Source: Planctomycetota bacterium
GTDB lineage: Bacteria; Planctomycetota; B15-G4
Length of the DNA stretch: 64,000 nt
Direction of reading: 5' to 3'
NCBI GenBank assembly: GCA_029259725.1
Contig: JAJDER010000070.1
Location: 25,387 to 89,386, forward strand
Positions 1 to 8,747 of the stretch are shown here, in pieces. Each line of letters begins with the position of its first letter. The first letter of the stretch is position 1. The notes below the pieces were generated by a model that saw only the letters and a program-made list of their open reading frames with translations, had not been told where the DNA came from and made no database searches. Both the position numbers and the translations under genes were made by a program.

Positions 1-1538
<1,538 letters not shown>

Positions 1539-1622
1539 GGAGCGCGAGCGCGCCGGGGTGGGGGCGCGCCTCCTTCAGTGGGTGTGCGGTGGCTGCGGAA
1601 TGCCTCGCGCGGACGCGACGGC

Positions 1623-2831
1623 TCAGCTGCGCTCGATCAGCATGGCAATGCCCTGTCCGCCACCGATGCAGGCCGAGGCCACACCGTAGCGCGTCCCGCT
1701 GCGCTCGAGCTCGTGGGTCAGCGTGAGCAGCAGCCGCGTGCCGGTCGCGCCCAGCGGGTGGCCCAGCGAGACGGCACCCCCGTTGACGTTGACCTTCTCG
1801 CGGTCGAGTTCGAGTTCCTTCTCGACCGCCAGGTATTGGCCGCTGAAGGCCTCGTTGATCTCGAAGCGGTCCACGTCGCCCAGCCCGATCCCGGCCTTCT
1901 CGAGGGTGTTGCGGATGGCCGGGGCGGGGCCGATGCCCATCTCGGTCGGATCGACGCCGCAGGCGTTCCAGGCCACGATGCGCGCGCGGGGCTTCCAGCC
2001 GTTGGCCTTCGCCTCGTCCGCGGTGGTGACCACCAGCGCCGCCGCGCCGTCCACGATGCCCGACGCGTTGCCGGCCGTGACCGTGCCGTCCTTGCCGAAG
2101 GCCGCGCGCAGCTTGGCGAGACCCTCGAGCGTGGTGTCCGGCTTGACGTGGTCATCGGTGTCGACCACACCCACGACCTGGTCGCGCTTGATGATCTCGA
2201 CCGGCGCGATCTCCTCCGCGAAGCGACCGGACTTGACCGCCTCGGCGCCGCGCATATGCGACTGGTACGCGAACTCGTCCTGGGCCTCGCGGCTGATCCC
2301 GTAGCGCTTGGCCAGCTTCTCCGTGGTCTGCGCCATGTACAGCCCGCAGTGGGTGTCGTAGAGGCTGCCCATGAGCATGTCGACCAGCTCCCAGGGCTTC
2401 TGGCCGAAGCGGTAGCCCTTGCGGCCGTCCCACATCACCATGGGCGCCTGGCTCATGTTCTCGGTGCCGCCGGCGACCGTCGTCTTGGCCTCGCCGGCCA
2501 GGATCATGTGACAGGCCGAGACGACCGACTGGATCCCCGAACCACACAGGCGGTTCACGGTCAGCGCGCCGACCTCCTGGGGCACGCCCGCGCGCAGCGC
2601 GATGTGGCGCGCGCCGTAGAGCGCATCCTGGCTGGTGTAGAGCACGTTTCCGAACACGACGTGATCGACCTGTTCCGGCTTCACGTCGGTGCGCTCCAGC
2701 GCGGCCTTCGTCGCGTGGACACCGAGGTCCAGCGCCGTGAGGCCGGCCAGCTTGCCGTGGCCGGGGGTGCCGAGGTACTCGGCCATCGGGGTGCGGGCGC
2801 CGCCGAGGATGACGAGGTCAGGGTTGGTCAT
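1623..2831 (-). CDS. Thiolase (acetyl-CoA C-acyltransferase)
   Basis: NRLCGSG catalytic Cys, NEAF, GHPLGATG, CIGGGQG. Confidence 0.95.
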   Translation of the reverse strand: MTNPDLVILGGARTPMAEYLGTPGHGKLAGLTALDLGVHATKAALERTDVKPEQVDHVVFGNVLYTSQDALYGARHIALRAGVPQEVGALTVNRLCGSGIQSVVSACHMILAGEAKTTVAGGTENMSQAPMVMWDGRKGYRFGQKPWELVDMLMGSLYDTHCGLYMAQTTEKLAKRYGISREAQDEFAYQSHMRGAEAVKSGRFAEEIAPVEIIKRDQVVGVVDTDDHVKPDTTLEGLAKLRAAFGKDGTVTAGNASGIVDGAAALVVTTADEAKANGWKPRARIVAWNACGVDPTEMGIGPAPAIRNTLEKAGIGLGDVDRFEINEAFSGQYLAVEKELELDREKVNVNGGAVSLGHPLGATGTRLLLTLTHELERSGTRYGVASACIGGGQGIAMLIERS

Positions 2832-2940
2832 GGGTCAGCCTTGTTGGGGGTGTGTCCGGGTCCGGTGGTGTGCGCCGACGCCCGCCGGGAACGCCGCGGC
2901 GACGCCGACCGAGGTCGTGCCGGGAGCCGATCGCTCGGGA

Positions 2941-3723
2941 TCAGTGCCCCTGGAAGTGGGCGGGCCGCTTCTCCAGGAAGGCCGTCATGCCCTCCTTGAC
3001 GTCGTCGGTCGCGGCGAGCAAGCCGAAGAACGTGGCCTCGTAGTCGAGGCCGTCCGCGAGGGGCATCTCGCTGCCGTGGTTCACGGCATCGAGCGCGAAG
3101 CGCATCGCGACCGGGCCGTGACCGAGCATCTTGCGCAGCGCCTTCTCGGTGGCGGGGATCAACTCGGCCTGCGGAAAGACCTTGTTGACCAGACCGATGC
3201 GGTGGGCTTCGGCGGCATCGATCGGCTTGGCGGAGAGGATCAGCTCCATCGCGCGGCCCTTGCCGACGAGGCGCGGCAGGCGCTGGGTCCCGCCATAGCC
3301 GGGGATGATGCCGAGCGTGACCTCGGGCAGGCCGAGCAGGGCGTTGTCGCTGGCGAAGCGCAGGTGGCAGGCCATCGCCAGCTCGCAGCCCCCGCCCAAC
3401 GCGAACCCGTTGACGGCCGCGATGACCGGCTTGGGCAGGCCCTCGATGGTGTCCATCAGGTGCTGACCCTTCTGGGCCAGCGGGCGCGCCTGGAGCGGCG
3501 TCTGCTTGGCGAGCTCGCCGATGTCGGCCCCGGCCACGAAGGCCTTCTCACCCGCACCGGTGAGGATCACGGCGCGCACGCTGTCGTCGTCGCGCAGGGC
3601 CTCGAAGCAGTGCTGCAGCTCGCCGATCACGGCGTCGTTGAGCGCGTTGAGCTTATCGGGGCGATCGACGGTGACGCGGGCGATGCCGCCCTCGTCCTCG
3701 CGCAGGATGTTCTCGTAGGCCAC
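2941..3723 (-). CDS. Enoyl-CoA hydratase/crotonase
   Basis: KAFVAGADI, GFALGGGCEL, GLPEVTLGIIPGYGGTQRL (both catalytic Glu present). Confidence 0.95.
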   Translation of the reverse strand: MAYENILREDEGGIARVTVDRPDKLNALNDAVIGELQHCFEALRDDDSVRAVILTGAGEKAFVAGADIGELAKQTPLQARPLAQKGQHLMDTIEGLPKPVIAAVNGFALGGGCELAMACHLRFASDNALLGLPEVTLGIIPGYGGTQRLPRLVGKGRAMELILSAKPIDAAEAHRIGLVNKVFPQAELIPATEKALRKMLGHGPVAMRFALDAVNHGSEMPLADGLDYEATFFGLLAATDDVKEGMTAFLEKRPAHFQGH

Positions 3724-3726
3724 GGG

Positions 3727-4557
3727 TCAGTCCTTCTTGGCGCGCTTGGTCGTCGCCTTCTTCTTGGTGGTGGTCTTCTTGCCCGCCGGCTTCTTGGCAG
3801 CGGACGCGGCCGACTTGGCCGACGCGGCCTTCTTGGCCGGCGCCTTCGTCGAGGCCGAGCTCTTGGCCTTGCCCCCCGAGGAGCCGGACCGCGAGCTCGA
3901 GGCGGCCTTCTTCCGGGGCGCCGGCTGCTCCTCGGGCGCCTCGACGTCCTGCTCGGTCTCGACCTCGGCGCTCGACTCGCGCTGGTCCCCGCCCTTGGAC
4001 TCGGACCGCGAAGTGGACCGACCGCCGTCGCGCGCGCTCTCGGGCATGTCGGTCTCGTCGAACTCCGCGCCCTCGATCTCGATGCGGTTGATGTAGATCG
4101 GGAAGCGCGGCGAGCTGCACTCCTTGTAGCGGTTCTCCTCGACCGCGACCTCGCAGATCTTGGCCAACACTTCGTCACCGTCCAGCAGCCGGGCGAACGC
4201 GCTGTACTTGTAGTCGAGGTAGCGCGCGTCGTTGGTGCAGACGAAGAACTGGCTGCCGGCACTGTGCGGATCGTTGTTCCGGGCCATCGACACGGTGCCG
4301 CGAACGTGCGGCGTGTCGTTGAACTCGGGACGGATCGTGTAGCCGGGGCCACCCGTGCCATCACCCTTGGGGCAACCGGCCTGGATCATGAAGTCGGCCA
4401 ACACCCGGTGGAACGTCAACCCGTCGTAGAAGCCCTGGTGCGCGAGACGGGCGAAGTTCTCGCAGGTGCGCGGGGCCTTGTCGACGAGCAGCTCGAGCGC
4501 GAACTCGCCCATCGACGTGTGCAGCCGCGCCTGGGCCGACTTCTGGAAGATGACCAT
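3727..4557 (-). CDS. Cyclophilin-type peptidyl-prolyl isomerase with acidic linker and Lys/Ala-rich basic tail
   Basis: FYDGLTFHRV...FMIQAG...SMAR...SAGSQFFVC; tail KAPAKKAASAKSAASAAKKPAGKKTTTKKKATTKRAKKD. Confidence 0.9.
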   Translation of the reverse strand: MVIFQKSAQARLHTSMGEFALELLVDKAPRTCENFARLAHQGFYDGLTFHRVLADFMIQAGCPKGDGTGGPGYTIRPEFNDTPHVRGTVSMARNNDPHSAGSQFFVCTNDARYLDYKYSAFARLLDGDEVLAKICEVAVEENRYKECSSPRFPIYINRIEIEGAEFDETDMPESARDGGRSTSRSESKGGDQRESSAEVETEQDVEAPEEQPAPRKKAASSSRSGSSGGKAKSSASTKAPAKKAASAKSAASAAKKPAGKKTTTKKKATTKRAKKD

Positions 4558-4617
4558 GATTGCCCTTTGAGGGCTGACCCTCGGGGGAGGGTTCGCCTCG
4601 GCAGGAGGTGGGTCGCG

Positions 4618-5814
4618 CTACTCGGCGACCTTGATGTCGTCCGCGCTACGCGGGCGGATCGTGACCTTTTCCATGAGGACCCGCTCGCTCGTCGCACCCG
4701 AACTCGAGCCCACGGCGGTGAGCGCGTCGATCGCCTCCCAGCCGCTCAGGACCGAACCGAAGACGGTGTAGTTCCCATCGAGGTGCGGCGCGGTGGCGTT
4801 GCAGATGAAGAACTGGCTGCCGGCGGAATCCGGGTGCTGGCTGCGAGCCATCGACAGCGTACCGCGCGTGTGCGGACGGTCGTTGAACTCGGCATCGATC
4901 TTGTAGCCGGGGCCGCCGGTGCCGTTCCCGTCCGGGCAGCCGCCCTGGATCATGAAGCCGGGGATGACGCGGTGGAACAGCAGCCCGTCGTAGAAGCCCT
5001 TCTGCGCCAGGTCGACGAAGTTCTTCACGTGCCCGGGGGCCACGTCGGGGAAGAACTCGAGCACGATCGTGCCCTTGTTGGTCTCCATCACGGCGACCAT
5101 CTCGTCGCTCTCGTAGGTGCTCATCCAGAACTCCTTGCTCGCCTCGTCGACGATCGCCTCGGCGGCGACCTCGACTTCGGCCGGGGTGGGTTGGGCCTCG
5201 ATCACCGCGCGCGCGGCCGCTGCGGCCTCGGCGCGGGTGGAGAGGTCGGCGGCCTCCTCGAACAGGTCCGTGCAGGCGGCGGCGATCTGGGCCGCCCCCT
5301 CCTCCAGGGCGACGAGTTGCGCGCCGTCCTGCGCGGCGGCGGCCTGGGCCAGGTCGCGCTGCGCCTTGCCGGCCTGGCGCGTGAGCAGCCCGGCGCGGGT
5401 CATGAGCTGACTGGCCTGCTTGCGGATCTCGGGCACGCCCGAGGCACCGGCCTTGCCGACGAGCCCGCGCGCGGCCGCCTCGGCCTGCTTCGCGCGGTCG
5501 AGAGCGGTGCTGACCGCGACCCCCACGTTGCCGGCCAGGTCGGCCACCGGCGTCGACAGGCGCTCCATGCGCACGGCTTCGGCGGCTTCCGCCACGGGGT
5601 CGTGGTCCTCGATGGCGCTCTCACGGGCCCGGAACGCCTCGGCGTCGGCGATGGCGCGCTGCGCCTGCTCACGCGCCGCGTCGGCCTCGGCCTGACTGTC
5701 GGCCAGGGACGGGGTCGCCGTCGCGGCAGCGGTGCTCTGGGCCACGTCGTCGGTCGCGCAGCCCGCGGCGATCAGGAGCACACCCGCGGTCAGACTCCGG
5801 ATGACGGTGTTCAT
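4618..5814 (-). CDS. Putative lipoprotein with Ala-rich helical region and C-terminal cyclophilin domain
   Basis: Start moved to ATG 5814 (MNTVIRSLTAGVLLIAAGC, lipobox-like), ATGA overlap with upstream stop; FYDGLLFHRVIPGFMIQGG...SAGSQFFIC...HLDGNYTVFG. Confidence 0.88.
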   Translation of the reverse strand: MNTVIRSLTAGVLLIAAGCATDDVAQSTAAATATPSLADSQAEADAAREQAQRAIADAEAFRARESAIEDHDPVAEAAEAVRMERLSTPVADLAGNVGVAVSTALDRAKQAEAAARGLVGKAGASGVPEIRKQASQLMTRAGLLTRQAGKAQRDLAQAAAAQDGAQLVALEEGAAQIAAACTDLFEEAADLSTRAEAAAAARAVIEAQPTPAEVEVAAEAIVDEASKEFWMSTYESDEMVAVMETNKGTIVLEFFPDVAPGHVKNFVDLAQKGFYDGLLFHRVIPGFMIQGGCPDGNGTGGPGYKIDAEFNDRPHTRGTLSMARSQHPDSAGSQFFICNATAPHLDGNYTVFGSVLSGWEAIDALTAVGSSSGATSERVLMEKVTIRPRSADDIKVAE

Positions 5815-6680
5815 GCGCGCTTGTCTCCTTGCCAGTCGTAGAAGCCCTCGCCGCTCTTGCGGCCGAGCTTGCCCTCGGCCACCTTCTGCTTCAGGAGCGC
5901 TGGCGGCACGAAGAGCGGGTTGGACGGGTCCTCGGCGTGCCACCCCTCCAGGATCGACAGGGTGGTGTCGAGACCCACGTAGTCGGTCAGCGTGAACGGG
6001 CCCATGGGGTAGCCGCAGCCGAGCGTCATGCCCGCGTCCACGTCCTCCACGGTGGCATCGCCGCGCTCGACCATGCGCATGGCCTCGGCCATGTAGGGCA
6101 CGAGCAGGCGGTTGACCACGAAGCCCGGGGTGTCGGAGGCCGACACGGGCACCTTGCCCACGGCCTCCCCGAAGGCCTTGGCCTCGGCGAACACCTCGTC
6201 GCTGGTCTTGTCGGTCTTGACCACCTCGACCAGCTTCATCAGCTGGACCGGGTTGAAGAAGTGCAGCCCGACCATGCGCTCGGGGCGGCCGCTGGCCGCG
6301 CCCATGTCGCCGACGCGGAACGAGCTGGTGTTGCTGGCCAGGATCGTCGCCGGCTTGCAGATCCGGCCGAGCTCGGCGTACAGCGTGTTCTTGATGCCGA
6401 GGTCCTCGATGATGGCCTCGACCACGAGGTCGCAGTCGGCCAGGTCGGCGAGGTCCAGGGTGCCGGTGATCCGCCCGAAGGCGCCGTCGGCGACGTCCTG
6501 CGTGAGCTTCTCCTTCTCCACCAACTTGGCGAGGCTCTTCCGGATGCGGCCGAGGCCCTTGTCCAGCGCGCCCTGCTCGGTCTCGCGGACGACGACGTCG
6601 TGCCCGCTCGCCGCGGCGATCTGGGCGATGCCGTGGCCCATCAGGCCGCAGCCGATCACGCCGACTTTCTGGATGGTCAT
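5811..6680 (-). CDS. 3-hydroxyacyl(butyryl)-CoA dehydrogenase
   Basis: VGVIGCGLMGHGIAQ Rossmann motif, ASNTSS, GLHFFNPV, PGFVVNRLL, GYPMGPF; start set at ATG 6680. Confidence 0.95.
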   Translation of the reverse strand: MTIQKVGVIGCGLMGHGIAQIAAASGHDVVVRETEQGALDKGLGRIRKSLAKLVEKEKLTQDVADGAFGRITGTLDLADLADCDLVVEAIIEDLGIKNTLYAELGRICKPATILASNTSSFRVGDMGAASGRPERMVGLHFFNPVQLMKLVEVVKTDKTSDEVFAEAKAFGEAVGKVPVSASDTPGFVVNRLLVPYMAEAMRMVERGDATVEDVDAGMTLGCGYPMGPFTLTDYVGLDTTLSILEGWHAEDPSNPLFVPPALLKQKVAEGKLGRKSGEGFYDWQGDKRA

Positions 6681-6955
6681 CGGAGTCTGGTTTCCTCGGA
6701 GGATGGAGTGCGGTCGGTCTGGACGGGTGCCGCCTGGGGACGGCCTCCGGCGGCGCCCGCGGGGAAGTGGGGGCGCCCGGATCCCCGCTGGCGGGGACCA
6801 GTGCCGCGCCCCTTCGGGGGGCGGCGGCAAACGGGGGGATTATGGCAATCCAGGGGGCCTCAGGGCAAGCGATCCCGGCCTCAGGGCCGGCCGGCGAAAC
6901 GGCCCAGGAGCGCCTCGAACGGACGCTCCGGACCCGTCGCGGAGGGCTCGCCGCC

Positions 6956-7088
6956 CGGGGTGCGGAACGGGGTGCGGCACCGGGCATGCCAGCGGGCATT
7001 GCAGCGGGCATTGCAGCGGGCATTGCATCGGACATTGCATCGGGCCTGGCACCGGGCCTGGCACCGGGCGCCGTACCGGGCCGGGGTC
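6956..7088. repeat. Intergenic degenerate 12-bp tandem repeat (about 10-11 units)
   Basis: Units CGGGGTGCGGAA, CGGGGTGCGGCA, CGGGCATGCCAG, CGGGCATTGCAG x2, CGGGCATTGCAT, CGGACATTGCAT, CGGGCCTGGCAC x2, CGGGCGCCGTAC. Confidence 0.85.
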
Positions 7089-7091
7089 GGC

Positions 7092-7565
7092 TCAGTCGTC
7101 CTCGGCGCCCTCGGCGTCCGGTCGCGGCATGTCCGGCGCCTGCCAGGTCATGACCACGTGACGGCCGATCCCGGGCAGGTCGAACTCGTCGCCGTCACGG
7201 ACCAGGCCGAACCGGGCGTAGAAGGGCTCGACGTCCGTGCGGGCATGGCACCAGAGCCCGCCGCCACGGTTGCCGGCGATGGCCAGGAGTCCCTTGAGCA
7301 GGATCGCGCCGAGGCCCTTCCCGCGCTCCTCGTCGAGCACCGCCATCCCGCGGATGCGCCACTGCTCGGGGCCGTCCGGCCGCGGATCGGGGAAGACCGA
7401 CCCGACGCCGAGCACGGCCTTGCCCCGCTTCATGGCGAAGTGGACCGCCCGCGGGTCGTCATCGAGGGGGTAGACGTTCTCCTCGGCGGGTCGGCCCGGG
7501 CGCAGGATCTGGGAGCGCAGGGGCCGGCAGGCCTCCGCGTCGACGAGGATCAGTTCGGCAGCCAT
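7092..7565 (-). CDS. GNAT family N-acetyltransferase
   Basis: PLRSQILRPG, WRIRGMAVLDEERGKGLG acetyl-CoA motif, LWCHAR...FYARFG; TAGACT -10-like box 7 nt before ATG 7565. Confidence 0.9.
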   Translation of the reverse strand: MAAELILVDAEACRPLRSQILRPGRPAEENVYPLDDDPRAVHFAMKRGKAVLGVGSVFPDPRPDGPEQWRIRGMAVLDEERGKGLGAILLKGLLAIAGNRGGGLWCHARTDVEPFYARFGLVRDGDEFDLPGIGRHVVMTWQAPDMPRPDAEGAEDD

Positions 7566-7639
7566 GGCCGGCAGTCTAACCGCGGCGTGGCCGCACCCGC
7601 GCCCGTCGACCGCTCGCGGACTAGCTAGAGTTGCGCTCC

Positions 7640-8713
7640 GTGCCCACGCCTGCCGTCCCACCCGCCATCGACGTCCTGCTGCCGGTCCTGCGCGCCCTCG
7701 ACACGCTGCCCGACGCCGTCGGTGACGTCCTCGCCCAGCGAGACGTGGACGTGCGGCTGATCGCGATCGTGGACACCGCGCCCGCCGAGGGTCCCGACGG
7801 TGAGGACGACGGCTCGCGAGCCTGGCTGCTCGCGCGCGCCGCGGAGCAGCCGCGCCTGCTCGTGATCGACGGCCCCGGCGCCGGCGCGGGGGCGGCCCTG
7901 CACGCGGGGCTTGCCGCGGCCGACGCGCCCTGGCTGTCGCACATGGAAGCCGACGACCGCTGTCCGGCCCACCGGCTGGCCACGCTCCACGCCGCGCTCC
8001 AGTCCGCGCCCGCGGGCGCCCCCGCCTGGTCCGGCGTGACCAGCGCCGTCGAGCAGGTCGGCGCGGTGACCGACGGCATGGCCCGCTACCTCGCCTGGCA
8101 GAACGGGCTGCGCACCCACGCGGCCATGGCCGCCGAGCGCTTCGTCGAGATCCCGGCCCTGCACCAGACCGGGCTCTACCGCACCGAGGTCCTGCGCGCG
8201 ATCGGCGGCTACGCGACGCGCGGGCCCTGGCCGCCGGACATCGACTTCTGGTTCCGCTGGTTCGAGCACGGCGCGCGGGTGGTGAAGCTGCCCGAGGTGC
8301 TCTACCAGTGGCGACAACACGACGGCCAGTCCACCCGCGGCGGCGGGCAGCACGGTCTCGAGGCCCTGCGCGCTGCCAAGGTCGATGCGCTGGAGCGGCT
8401 GCACGGCCGGACCGGTCGACAGCCGCGCGAGGTGCTGCTGCTCTCGGTCGGGGCCACGCTCGAGGCGTGGCGGCGGGATCTCGAAACCTCGACGGTCACG
8501 CTGGCCGACGCCGTCGAGTGGCGGCCGGGAACGACGCTGCCCCCGACCCTGGCCGCGTGCATCGAGCCCACGCCACCCCCATCGTCCGGCGCCGCAGGCG
8601 TCGAGCGCGCGACGCCGCTCGTGCTCGCCGCCTACGGAAGCGCCGCGGTCCGACAACGAGTGCGCGGCGCGCTCGGCCTGCGCGAACCCGACGCGCTCCT
8701 GTTCACGGCCTGA
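7640..8713 (+). CDS. Glycosyltransferase family 2 protein
   Basis: IDVLLPV...DAVGDVLAQ...SHMEADD (DxD-like)...IGGY...DIDFWFR...KLPEVLYQWRQH; GTG 7640 lies 8 nt after TAGAGT. Confidence 0.82.
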   Translation: MPTPAVPPAIDVLLPVLRALDTLPDAVGDVLAQRDVDVRLIAIVDTAPAEGPDGEDDGSRAWLLARAAEQPRLLVIDGPGAGAGAALHAGLAAADAPWLSHMEADDRCPAHRLATLHAALQSAPAGAPAWSGVTSAVEQVGAVTDGMARYLAWQNGLRTHAAMAAERFVEIPALHQTGLYRTEVLRAIGGYATRGPWPPDIDFWFRWFEHGARVVKLPEVLYQWRQHDGQSTRGGGQHGLEALRAAKVDALERLHGRTGRQPREVLLLSVGATLEAWRRDLETSTVTLADAVEWRPGTTLPPTLAACIEPTPPPSSGAAGVERATPLVLAAYGSAAVRQRVRGALGLREPDALLFTA

Positions 8714-8747
8714 ATCGCGGCACCGATCGCGCCGGGCGTCTCAGCGT

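Noticed and set aside
4618-7035. 805-aa version of the cyclophilin starting in the 12-bp repeat (MPAA repeats)
   Set aside because: It overlaps the dehydrogenase in another frame; the lipoprotein start at 5814 with ATGA coupling is far more plausible
6956-7088. Possible CRISPR array (also 41572-41639 and 47003-47074)
   Set aside because: Units are contiguous 12-17-mers with no unique spacers and there are no cas genes
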